From assembly GCA_016192525.1 (NCBI GenBank), contig JACPTZ010000059.1, forward strand, positions 20,287 to 84,286: a stretch of 64,000 nucleotides of DNA, read 5' to 3'. The notes beneath the pieces are model-generated. The model did no database searches. It saw only the letters and a list, made by a program, of their open reading frames with translations, and was not told the origin of the DNA. This DNA comes from Planctomycetota bacterium. GTDB taxonomy: Bacteria > Planctomycetota > MHYJ01 > JACPTZ01. Below are positions 55,266 through 63,999 of the stretch, one piece after another (positions within the stretch are counted from its first letter, which is position 1; every line of letters starts with the position of its first letter). The translations under genes and the position numbers were made by a program.

Positions 55266-57734
55266 ATGACGATCTTCAGCACCCCGTTCGTCTCCTCGAC
55301 CTTCTCCCGCGTGACCGGGACGCTGTCCCGCACCTCCGCGATCGGTTCCATCACGCGCTCGCAGGCCGCGATCCAGCTCCTCCAGGAACAGCTCTCCACC
55401 GGGAAGCGCATCAACCGGCCCTCGGATGACCCGATCGGCTCGAACCGCATCCTCGACTTCACCCGCCAGATCGCCCGGAACACGCAGTTCTCCCTCAACG
55501 TCGAGACGCTCCAGCACCGGCTCGAACTCACCGACGGGGCCCTCGGCGAGATCACCGACCACGCGAACCGGGCCGAGGTCCTGCTCCTCCAGGAAGTCGG
55601 CGATTCCGCCACCGCCCAGACCCGCCGCCTCGCCGCGAACGAAGTCAACAACCTGCTCGAACAGGCGGTCTCGCAGGCGAACAGCCAGATCGAGGACCGT
55701 TTCATCTTCGGCGGGAGCCGCACGACCGTCCGCCCGTTTGAAATCCTCGCGGGCGCCGTCCTCTACAACGGGAACCGCGTCGAGCTCCAGAGCAACATCG
55801 CCGACGGCGTGACGCTCGGCGGAAACCTCCCCGGCGACGACGCCTTCGGCTCGCTCACCACCGAGATCGCCGGCGACGTGGCGGCGGCGCCGGACATCAC
55901 GGTCGACACCAAGCTCTCCACCCTCAACGGCGGGGCCGGCGTCCGTCCCGGCAGCATCCGTCTCACCCGCGTTTCCCCCGGTCCGGCGGCCACGCCGCTG
56001 AAGATCGATCTCTCCATCGCCGAAAACGTGGGCGACGTCCTGGATCTGATCAACGCCCAGACCGCCGTCACCGGGATCACGGCGGCGATCGACCCCGTCG
56101 CCGGCGACCGCCTCGTCCTCAGCGCGGCCGCGGGGGACAGCGTGTACGTCGAGGAGGTCGACGACGGCCTCACCGCGAACGACCTCGGCCTCCTGAGCCA
56201 CAGCGTCGGGACGGCCGACGGCGCGAGCACGGTCAATACGATCGTGGACGCCGAACTGGCCGGCCGGTTGCGCGACGATTTCTTCAACGGCACGCTGGTC
56301 CGCATCGCCGGCGGCCCCGGACCGGCCACGGCCCGTGTGGTCGACTATGACGGCGCCACCGGGACCTTCACGCTCGACACGACCTACACCGCGTCGCTCG
56401 CCGGCGCCGTGTACGAGACGATCGGTCCGCCGCCCAACGCCCTCGAGAACGGAACGGCCACGGCCGTCGGCACCCCGACCACCTTCATCGACGACGACCT
56501 GGTGGGCCTCCCGGACAACTACTTCAACGGGATGGTGGTGCGCTTCAACGCCGGGCCGAACGTCCCGGCCGGCGGGGTCCGGTACGCCACCGTCACCGGC
56601 TTCGACGGCACGACCGGGACCGTCACGATCGAGGCCACGCCCGACATCACCGCCGCCTTCGACACCACGACGGAGTACGAGATCTTCCGCGTCGGCCTTA
56701 ACCCGGCCCTCACGGACGACATCCCGCTGGCCCAGCTCAACAACGGACTCGGGATCGACCTGACCGGGATCCGCATCACAAACGCCGCCCCGGGACAGAC
56801 CTTTGAAGCGGACGTCAGCTTCGCCGGGCTCACGAGCCTCCGTCAGGTGATCGACCGCATCAACCAGTCCAATCTCTTCGTCACGGCCGAGATCAACGAA
56901 GGGCGCACCGGGATCAACCTCGTTTCGAGGCTGAACGGGGCGCGTCTGTCGGTCGCGGAGATCGGGGCGGGTCGGACCCTGCGCGACCTCGGGCTCGACC
57001 TCCCGCTCGAACGGGTGAAGCTGCGCGACCTGAACAACGGGACCGGCGTGCCGGTGGTGGAGGGCGCGGCGGACTTCCGGATTTCACTCTTCGGCCCGGG
57101 CGGCGTGCTGGACGCCCAGTTCCACATCGACCTCGGGAACGCGTCGACCGTGCAGGACGTGCTCGACCAGATCGCGGCCCAGACGGAGACGGGGGCTTTC
57201 GCGGGCGGTCGGATCCTCGCGGAGGTCGATCCCGCCACGGGCGACCGTCTCGTGCTGACGGACCGCGCCGCGGACGGCGGGACGATGGGCATTTCGATCC
57301 TGAACGGCTCGTTCGCCGCGAACGGCCTCGGACTCACGACCGCGGCCCCGGCGGCCGGGGACGTGGTGACGGGGACCGGGCTGAACCCGCTCGGGGTGCA
57401 GAGCGAGTCGATCTTCTCGGCGATGGTGACGCTCCGCGAGGCGCTGCTGGCGAACGACCGGGCGAAGATCTCGAATTCGCACGCGCTCTTGATCGAGGGT
57501 CGGAGCCGGGTGCTGGACGCGCGGGCCGAGGCGGGGGGCCGGCTGACGCGGCTCGCCCTGACGAAGACTCGGCACGAGGACGAGGAGACGCTGCTGGAGG
57601 GGTTCCGGTCGGACCTGCGCGACGTGGACCTGGCTGACGCGGCGACGCGGTTCCAGCTGGAGCAGGTCGTGCTGCAGTCCGGCCTCGCCGCGACCGCGCG
57701 CATCCTTCAGACGACGCTGCTGAATTTCCTGTAG
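55266..57734 (+). CDS. flgL: flagellar hook-associated protein 3 FlgL (long form, 822 aa)
   Basis: Flagellin-like N-terminus (…LSTGKRINRPSDDPIGSNRIL…) and C-terminal helical region. Long Thr/Gly-rich central domain. Confidence 0.85.
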   Translation: MTIFSTPFVSSTFSRVTGTLSRTSAIGSITRSQAAIQLLQEQLSTGKRINRPSDDPIGSNRILDFTRQIARNTQFSLNVETLQHRLELTDGALGEITDHANRAEVLLLQEVGDSATAQTRRLAANEVNNLLEQAVSQANSQIEDRFIFGGSRTTVRPFEILAGAVLYNGNRVELQSNIADGVTLGGNLPGDDAFGSLTTEIAGDVAAAPDITVDTKLSTLNGGAGVRPGSIRLTRVSPGPAATPLKIDLSIAENVGDVLDLINAQTAVTGITAAIDPVAGDRLVLSAAAGDSVYVEEVDDGLTANDLGLLSHSVGTADGASTVNTIVDAELAGRLRDDFFNGTLVRIAGGPGPATARVVDYDGATGTFTLDTTYTASLAGAVYETIGPPPNALENGTATAVGTPTTFIDDDLVGLPDNYFNGMVVRFNAGPNVPAGGVRYATVTGFDGTTGTVTIEATPDITAAFDTTTEYEIFRVGLNPALTDDIPLAQLNNGLGIDLTGIRITNAAPGQTFEADVSFAGLTSLRQVIDRINQSNLFVTAEINEGRTGINLVSRLNGARLSVAEIGAGRTLRDLGLDLPLERVKLRDLNNGTGVPVVEGAADFRISLFGPGGVLDAQFHIDLGNASTVQDVLDQIAAQTETGAFAGGRILAEVDPATGDRLVLTDRAADGGTMGISILNGSFAANGLGLTTAAPAAGDVVTGTGLNPLGVQSESIFSAMVTLREALLANDRAKISNSHALLIEGRSRVLDARAEAGGRLTRLALTKTRHEDEETLLEGFRSDLRDVDLADAATRFQLEQVVLQSGLAATARILQTTLLNFL

Positions 57735-58067
57735 GCCGCCGGCGGGGCGATTCCCCGCTCGAAGGTTCGGAGTGATTCGCATGTGGCCTGAGCGTGGAGC
57801 CTCCATGAGCGTGGGGCGGTCGGGTGACCGCGGGGTCCCGCCCCCTGCGATCGCGCGCCCGGCATCGGCAGGAAGCACATGGGCCAGGAGCGGCCGGGAT
57901 TGCGGATGGAACGATGAGGCGGTAGGGGCGGGGACCGACCGGTGGTCGATCGCTTTGAGTTCCGGGTCGCGACGGTCCCGTCGGCCGCTTGCGGTCGCTT
58001 CCTGCAATGATGAGGTCGGGACCCGCCCGGGTTCCGTGTTTGGGACCCGCCCGATGGGGAACCCTCG

Positions 58068-58544
58068 ATGAGAATCGTCACGACCCGTTTCGGCGAACTG
58101 GACGTCCCGGACGACTACGTCTACCGGTTCCCGGAGGGGATCCTCGGGTTCTCCGGGATCGAGCTCTACTTCGTCCTCAACAACCCGAAGGGCGGTCCGT
58201 TCCAGTGGCTGCAGGCCGTGACGCCGACGTCGCTCGCCTTCGTCGTGTGCGATCCGACCGTCTTCATGCCGGACTACAAGGTGCGGGTGCGGCCGGAGGA
58301 CCTGGCCTCGATCGATCTCAAGGACATCGCCGCCGGGTTCGTGCTGGTCATTCTCACCGTCCCGCGCGATCCGAAGGAGATCACCGCGAACCTGCAGGGG
58401 CCGCTGGTCTTCAACCCCGAGAAGCGGCTCGCGAAGCAGATCGTGCTGAACGATCCGGCGTTCACGACGCGGCACAGGATTTTTGCCCCGTCGGCGGCGA
58501 CTCCCTCGGGCGCCTCTCCGGGGGCCGGAGCGGGAGCGTCGTAA
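58068..58544 (+). CDS. fliW: flagellar assembly factor FliW
   Basis: [30 protein letters not shown]…[20 protein letters not shown]…[12 protein letters not shown]… matches the FliW consensus. Confidence 0.88.
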   Translation: MRIVTTRFGELDVPDDYVYRFPEGILGFSGIELYFVLNNPKGGPFQWLQAVTPTSLAFVVCDPTVFMPDYKVRVRPEDLASIDLKDIAAGFVLVILTVPRDPKEITANLQGPLVFNPEKRLAKQIVLNDPAFTTRHRIFAPSAATPSGASPGAGAGAS

Positions 58545-58568
58545 CGCGGCCGGGGGCAGGTCCGTGGT

Positions 58569-58594
58569 CACCCTCCCCTCCGGGGAGGGGGGTG
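58569..58594. repeat. REP-like palindromic element CACCCTCCCCTCCGGGGAGGGGGGTG + GCGGCAACAGG (family R)
   Basis: Sits between fliW and csrA. The ACAACAGG tail also provides the csrA SD region (AACAGGAGCAGG). Confidence 0.6.
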
Positions 58595-58614
58595 CGGCAA
58601 CAGGAGCAGGATTC

Positions 58615-58914
58615 ATGCTGGTGCTTTCCCGGCTGGTCGACGAAACGATCATGATCGGCGACGACATCGAGATCACGATCGTCGACATCCGGGGCGACAA
58701 GGTGCGGATCGGGATCGCGGCCCCCGCACGGGTGCCGGTGCACCGGAAGGAAGTCTATCTCGCGATCAAGCAGGCGAACGTGGAAGCGGCCGCGGCCGAC
58801 AGCGCCGCGGTGGACACGCTGGGTTCGATCGGGGCGACGCTCGGCGGCAAGACCCCGTCCGCCCCGCCCGGCGCCGGTCCGAAGCCGCTGACCCCGCCGC
58901 CGGCGAAGAAGTGA
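58615..58914 (+). CDS. csrA: carbon storage regulator CsrA (with extended Ala/Pro-rich C-terminal tail)
   Basis: [48 protein letters not shown] matches the CsrA consensus. 99 aa. Confidence 0.92.
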   Translation: MLVLSRLVDETIMIGDDIEITIVDIRGDKVRIGIAAPARVPVHRKEVYLAIKQANVEAAAADSAAVDTLGSIGATLGGKTPSAPPGAGPKPLTPPPAKK

Positions 58915-58993
58915 GTCGAGCCGGGCCGAACGGCCGCTTCCGCCCCGGGCGGAAGGCCGAAAAGGATCGTCCGACCAAGGAAGGAGCCATCCC

Positions 58994-61351
58994 ATGGGCC
59001 TCAGAGTCAACACCAACCGCAGCGCCGTGACCACCCTGCGGTCGCTGAACCAGACCGACAAGCGCCAGGTCACCACCTTCGAGCGCCTCTCCACCGGGCT
59101 GCGGATCAACCGCGCCTCGGACGACCCCTCCGGGCTCGTCATCTCCGAAATCCTCCGGGGACAGCTGGGGTCGCTGCAGCAGGCGGTCGAGAACTCGACC
59201 AACGCCGCGAACCTGGTCTCCACCTCCGAGGCCGCGCTGACCGAGGTGAGCAGCCTGCTCGTCGGCATCCGCGAGTCGGTCATCTTCGCCCTCAACACCG
59301 GCTCCTCCTCGCCCGACCAGATCGCGGCCGAGCAGGATTCTGTCGATCAGGCGATCGCGGCGATCAAGCGGATCGCCGACTCGACCAAGTTCGGGACCAC
59401 CCGCCTTCTGAACGGGAATTCAGAACTCACCACGACCGACGTCGACCAGGTCGGCCTGCTCCGTGTGGTTCCCCACGCGGTTCAGCTCGACTACACCTCC
59501 GCCACCGGGAACACCCGGTTCGACACCGGCGTCACCCGCTACGCCACCCAGGCGGAGCACACGGTGATCGATCCGCTCGCGCAGACGGTGGCCACGGGGG
59601 CCGTGGGCGATTCGTTCGTGCTCACCCTTCGTCGGACCGACACCTCGACCGGCGCCGCAGTGAACACCGACACGGCGGTGACCATGACGATCGGTGCCAC
59701 CGGGGTCTTCACCTACCGCGAATTCATGGACGCCGTGAACCAGACCTCCGCCGGGTCCGGGGTTTTCGCGGGTCCGGACGGACGCCTGTACAGCCAGGAG
59801 GTATCGTCGGGGACCGCGGGGGACGAGGCCATCTCCGTGCTCTCCTTTACGCCAACGGTGGGGGCGCCGGTCCTCCTCATCGGGCAGACCGTGCTCGACA
59901 ACGCCGGCGACGCCGCCATCACGCAGACCGTGGCCGCCACCACCCGGGCGCGAGCTTCTCTCACCGTGATGGATCCGATGATCGAGGCTTCTTCCCTGAC
60001 CTCCGCGGCGCCTGGAGCCGCGGCCTTCGCCGTCTTCGGCCGGCAGGTCGTGACCGGGGGCGACGTGACGATCCGGATCCGCGGCAATCTCGGGGTCGAG
60101 GAATTGCGTCTCTCGAACGGGACCACCTACACCCAGTTCGCCTCCGCGGTGAACCTGCTTCGGGGGAACACCGGCGTCTACGCGAGCAACAACGGGAAGC
60201 TCTACAGCGACGAGTTCGGCTCGGACCAGACCGTTCAGGTCCAGGTCATCGAGGGGACCGGGACCTACAGCGGGACGGGCGGGTTGACGGTGGATTCCCC
60301 CTCTCCGGCCGTCTCGTTCGGGACGGATGCCAAAGGGACCGTCTCCGGTGCGCAGGCCTTCGCCCGCGGAAACCGGATGAACGTCGTCTCGACCTTCTTC
60401 AACGGCGAAATCGAACTGAACAACCCCGGTTACGCCGCGCGCCAGGCGACGCCGTTCAACCAGCTCTCCCAGCGGGTGATCACCGGGACAACGGGGCAGT
60501 CGGTCACCTTCGAGGTCACCAACGGAGCGGTTCCTCCCGTCACCACGGGGCCGCTCACCATGACGGTCGGGACGAACGACACGTGGCTGGACTTCATGAA
60601 CCTCGTGAATACGGCCTCGCTTGCGGCCAACCTGGGGGTGATCGCCACCGACGACGGCCGCCTCCTCTCCACCGCCTTCGGAACGGGAGCGCGCATCGAC
60701 GTGGAGGTGACCGCCTCGACCGGGAGCGACCTCATCCTGGTGGACGAGGAGACGAACGGGCTTCAGTCGCTGGCGGAAGCCGCCACCACGAGTCTGGGAA
60801 CGCCGGGGAATCGGGCCGAGATGCGCGTGCTCGACCCGGAGGCGCAGATCTTCTCCTTCTCCGTCGTGAACAAGAGCGGGCTCCTCTTCCAGTTCGGCTC
60901 CGAGGCCCAGCCGAACGAGCAGCGGCTCATCGGGATCCCGAACCTGACCCCCACCTTCCTCGGGGCGCCGGTGATCACGCTCGGCGACCTCTCGCAGGTG
61001 ACGCGCGGCGGCGGCATCAACACCCTCCTCTCCGGCGCGGAAAACGACTTGTTCAACCTGCAGATCGATCCCGCGAACGCGCTCCGCATCGTGGACGCGG
61101 CGATCGAGGTGGTGACCGGGACCCGCTCCTTCCTCGGCTCCTTCGTGAAGGACACCGTGGAGCCGAACGTCCGGAGCGTGGAGGTGGCGATCGAGAACCT
61201 GAAGGCCTCCGAGTCGGACATCCGCGACCTCGACTTCGCGAACGAGATCTCGATCCTCTCGAAGCAGCAGATCCTCTTCCAGTCCGGGATCAGCGTGCTC
61301 GCCCAGGCGAACTCGATCCCGCAGAGCGTGCTGCAGCTGCTGAGGCAGTAG
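58994..61351 (+). CDS. fliC: flagellin (FliC), 785 aa with very large central variable domain
   Basis: Conserved D0/D1 termini: MGLRVNTNRSAVTTLRSLNQTDKRQVTTFERLSTGLRINRASDDPSGLVIS… and …ISILSKQQILFQSGISVLAQANSIPQSVLQLLRQ. Confidence 0.92.
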   Translation: MGLRVNTNRSAVTTLRSLNQTDKRQVTTFERLSTGLRINRASDDPSGLVISEILRGQLGSLQQAVENSTNAANLVSTSEAALTEVSSLLVGIRESVIFALNTGSSSPDQIAAEQDSVDQAIAAIKRIADSTKFGTTRLLNGNSELTTTDVDQVGLLRVVPHAVQLDYTSATGNTRFDTGVTRYATQAEHTVIDPLAQTVATGAVGDSFVLTLRRTDTSTGAAVNTDTAVTMTIGATGVFTYREFMDAVNQTSAGSGVFAGPDGRLYSQEVSSGTAGDEAISVLSFTPTVGAPVLLIGQTVLDNAGDAAITQTVAATTRARASLTVMDPMIEASSLTSAAPGAAAFAVFGRQVVTGGDVTIRIRGNLGVEELRLSNGTTYTQFASAVNLLRGNTGVYASNNGKLYSDEFGSDQTVQVQVIEGTGTYSGTGGLTVDSPSPAVSFGTDAKGTVSGAQAFARGNRMNVVSTFFNGEIELNNPGYAARQATPFNQLSQRVITGTTGQSVTFEVTNGAVPPVTTGPLTMTVGTNDTWLDFMNLVNTASLAANLGVIATDDGRLLSTAFGTGARIDVEVTASTGSDLILVDEETNGLQSLAEAATTSLGTPGNRAEMRVLDPEAQIFSFSVVNKSGLLFQFGSEAQPNEQRLIGIPNLTPTFLGAPVITLGDLSQVTRGGGINTLLSGAENDLFNLQIDPANALRIVDAAIEVVTGTRSFLGSFVKDTVEPNVRSVEVAIENLKASESDIRDLDFANEISILSKQQILFQSGISVLAQANSIPQSVLQLLRQ

Positions 61352-61387
61352 CCGGTGCGCGATTCCGCCGTATGAGGTTACCGCATT

Positions 61388-61500
61388 GTCGTCCTGAGCC
61401 TCGCCCGGCCGGGCGAGGCGAAGGATCGCCAGCGCGTACGGTTCGCAGACTCCGACGCTGGCGATCCTTTGCTCAGCCGGCCAACGCGGGGAAGGCGGCC
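61388..61500. repeat. MITE-like family B copy B2 (GTCGTCCTGAGCC…GCGAAGGATCGCC…GGCGATCCTTTGC…)
   Basis: About 85% identical to B1 (21133..21255) through the internal hairpins. Confidence 0.6.
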
Positions 61501-61553
61501 ATCGAGTGTCGGACGGACTCGCCCGGCACGAAGGTCGATCTGCGCGTGGTTCC

Positions 61554-62012
61554 CTATTTCCGTTGTTCTGAGCCGTGCGCCGTTTGCCGGCCGATCAACG
61601 CATCAAGCGAGAACCGACCCGGGCCGGCGGCGAGCAGGAGGAGGGAGATGACGAGGTAGAGGGCGGCCAGTTCGTAGGCGCCCCCGTCCCGCCGGCTGAG
61701 GAAGGGGTCGCCGCGCGAGATGTGCGTCCACGCGGCGACGCTCATGGTGCAGACGATCCCGAGCGAGGCGAGCGGGACCAGCAGACCGACGACGAGAGCG
61801 AGCCCGCCCCCGAATTCGGAGAGGGCCGCCAGGGCCTGCAGGACCCCCGGCGTGGCGGCCTTCTCTCCCATCCAGCCGAACGGGTTCTGGATCTTCCCCC
61901 AGCCGTGCATCGCCAATCCGATTCCCGCCACGAGCCGGGCGGCGAGGAGCCCGAGGGAGGCGCGGTCAGAGGGAGGGTCCGGTAACAGGAAGCGTCGCAT
62001 CATCTTGGGCAT
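61554..62012 (-). CDS. DoxX-family membrane protein
   Basis: …LGLLAARLVAGIGLAMHGWGKIQNP… with 4 TM helices, typical of DoxX. 152 aa. Confidence 0.65.
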   Translation of the reverse strand: MPKMMRRFLLPDPPSDRASLGLLAARLVAGIGLAMHGWGKIQNPFGWMGEKAATPGVLQALAALSEFGGGLALVVGLLVPLASLGIVCTMSVAAWTHISRGDPFLSRRDGGAYELAALYLVISLLLLAAGPGRFSLDALIGRQTAHGSEQRK

Positions 62013-62044
62013 CTTGGTGATCCGTCAACTCGGATCGTGCGGGT

Positions 62045-62148
62045 GGTTTGCAGTCCCTGTCTCCCCCTCCCCGGAGGGGAGGGGGTAGGGGGAGGGGCGC
62101 GGCCCTGCCCCGAGATGGGGCGCGCCCCCCTCGCTACCCTCCCCCCTG
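62045..62148. repeat. cluster of two REP-like family-R elements (CCCCCTCCCCGGAGGGGAGGGGG…; CTACCCTCCCCCCTGTGGGGGGAGGTGACAACAGG)
   Basis: Lies between the doxX start and the neuD-like stop. Confidence 0.65.
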
Positions 62149-62207
62149 TGGGGGGAGGTGACAACAGGTAAGTCCCCGAACGCGCGTTGACGGATCAGTC
62201 GGCCGAC

Positions 62208-62939
62208 TCATCTTGACCGGCGGGGTGAGCGGCGGCCGGCTCGTTGACCCGTCCGTCCTCCCGTCGCGACAGGGCCGGGATTGGAACCCGCTACGGCCTC
62301 CCGGCGCAGTTCCCCCCCGGTTTCCGATCCACTCCGGAGTTGATCCTCCAGCAACCGCGCTCCGGCCGGCACCCGGGTCCATGGCCCGACCTTCACCCCC
62401 TCGGCGACCGTGACTCCGGCCCCCAGAACAGTCCCCTCCCCGATCCTCGATCGGCATGCTACCACGCAACCAGAACCAATTGTCACATAGTGTTCAATCA
62501 CAGTGTCTTCGTCTATGGATGCTCCACTACCAATAACGCATGATAACCCGGTTGTAGCACCTATAGTGATGATACATCCAGGCATTAAAATGCTACCATC
62601 GCCAACCTTGGCACGTCTAGAGAGGGTCGCAGAAGGGTGGCATATCGACACTAACTCAATACCTTGTCGTATAGAGAGTTGTGATACTGTAGCCCGTTGT
62701 CGGCCATCCTCGATGGCTATCACGGCGTGTGTCACACCGTTCTTCTTCAGTGTGGACAGACGATCAAGTCCGCCAACCACTGGAGCACCATCAAGATGCT
62801 GCCCACGCAGGGTAGCATCAGCTCCTGGATCCAGATATCCATGGACGTGGGCACGCCAGCCCATCTCATCGAGGATGTCGAGGGCGGTCCTAGCGAGGGC
62901 CCCGGCCCCGACGATCACGATCCGGTCCATGGGAGGCAT
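62208..62939 (-). CDS. neuD: NeuD/PglD-like sugar O-acetyltransferase (left-handed beta-helix, hexapeptide repeats)
   Basis: N-terminal Rossmann-like region MDRIVIVGAGALARTALDIL…. Hexapeptide repeats (…IGATTGLSCVIGSGASIDEDTVIEHYVTIGSGCVVA…GEGTVLGAGVTVAEGVKVG). Core is AT-rich (about 50% GC). Confidence 0.7.
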   Translation of the reverse strand: MPPMDRIVIVGAGALARTALDILDEMGWRAHVHGYLDPGADATLRGQHLDGAPVVGGLDRLSTLKKNGVTHAVIAIEDGRQRATVSQLSIRQGIELVSICHPSATLSRRAKVGDGSILMPGCIITIGATTGLSCVIGSGASIDEDTVIEHYVTIGSGCVVACRSRIGEGTVLGAGVTVAEGVKVGPWTRVPAGARLLEDQLRSGSETGGELRREAVAGSNPGPVATGGRTGQRAGRRSPRRSR

Positions 62940-62943
62940 GGAA

Positions 62944-63999
62944 TCAGAGATCCAGCTTGTTCCAGGTCACCACTTCGTCGCGCGCGATGACCTTCTTGGT
63001 GCAGAGGCCCAGGACGGACGAGTAGAAGCGGGGGGGGATGCCGTTCCCCGGGCGCTTGATGGTGACCATGTCCTCCGTGAGAGCGGCCCCCCGGGGGATG
63101 TCGCGGGTGGCCACGAGGCTCTTCCGAAGGAACTCCCGCATACCCACCTCCTCCGGATAGGGCACCTTTGCGCCCGACCCGAGGGATCGCTCCAGGTCCC
63201 GGACCCGTGTCACGAGTTCGGTGAATTCGTCGGGCTCGAGGCTGATCCGGTGCTCGGGCCCGGCGAGCGAGTGCCGGAGGGTGAGGTGTTTCTCGACGGC
63301 GCACGCGCCGAGGGCGACGGCCCCGACCGCGGCGATGGTCCCCAGGGTGTGATCTGAGAACCCGATCGGAAGTCCGAAGGTCTCGCGCAGCATCGGGATC
63401 GCCCGGACATTGGCCTTCGCCAGTTCGGCGGGGTAGAGGCAGGCCGAGTGGAGGAGGCAGAGGCCGGAGCCGCGAGGCGTGCGGAACAGCTTCACGGCAT
63501 CCCGGATCTCCTCGATCGTCCCCATCCCCGTCGAGATGAAGGCGGGGAGGTGCGAGGCGAGGACCCCCTCGAGGAGGGGGAGGTTGGTCAGTTCGCCGGA
63601 GGAGATCTTGAGGGCCGGAACGCCCATCTTGAGGCAGAACGCGAGGCACTCGGCGTCGTAGGGCGCGGGGACGAACTCGACCCCCTGCGCCTCGGCGAAT
63701 TTCCGGAGGGAGCGGATGTCGTCGAACGAAAGTTCCAGCCGACGCAACTGGGCGAGTTGGCCGCCGGGCTTCGACCCCGCCTTGTGGTGGGGCGGGGAGA
63801 GGGCCGTGCGGGCGGCGAGGGTCTCGGCGCGGAAGACGGGGAACTGGACGGCGTCGGCCCCGGCCTTCTTCGCGGCGGCGACCATCTGTTTCGCGACGGT
63901 GAGGCGGCCGTTGTGATTCACCCCGGCCCCGGCCACGAGGAAGGCGGGGTGTCCGATCCCGACGGTCCGCGACCCCACTTTGAAGAACGATGGCTGCAT
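62944..63999 (-). CDS. neuB: N-acetylneuraminate (nonulosonic acid) synthase NeuB-like
   Basis: …FLVAGAGVNHNGRLTVAKQMVAAAKKAGADAVQFPVF…KISSGELTNLPLL…STGMGTIEEI… and C-terminal SAF/antifreeze-like domain. 351 aa. Start lies at the window edge. Confidence 0.85.
   Translation of the reverse strand: MQPSFFKVGSRTVGIGHPAFLVAGAGVNHNGRLTVAKQMVAAAKKAGADAVQFPVFRAETLAARTALSPPHHKAGSKPGGQLAQLRRLELSFDDIRSLRKFAEAQGVEFVPAPYDAECLAFCLKMGVPALKISSGELTNLPLLEGVLASHLPAFISTGMGTIEEIRDAVKLFRTPRGSGLCLLHSACLYPAELAKANVRAIPMLRETFGLPIGFSDHTLGTIAAVGAVALGACAVEKHLTLRHSLAGPEHRISLEPDEFTELVTRVRDLERSLGSGAKVPYPEEVGMREFLRKSLVATRDIPRGAALTEDMVTIKRPGNGIPPRFYSSVLGLCTKKVIARDEVVTWNKLDL

Noticed and set aside
58915-58993. Sigma-28 (FliA) promoter upstream of flagellin
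   Set aside because: Only a weak GCCGAAAA resemblance to the -10 GCCGATAA, and no TAAA -35 at the right spacing. Cannot be supported from sequence alone.
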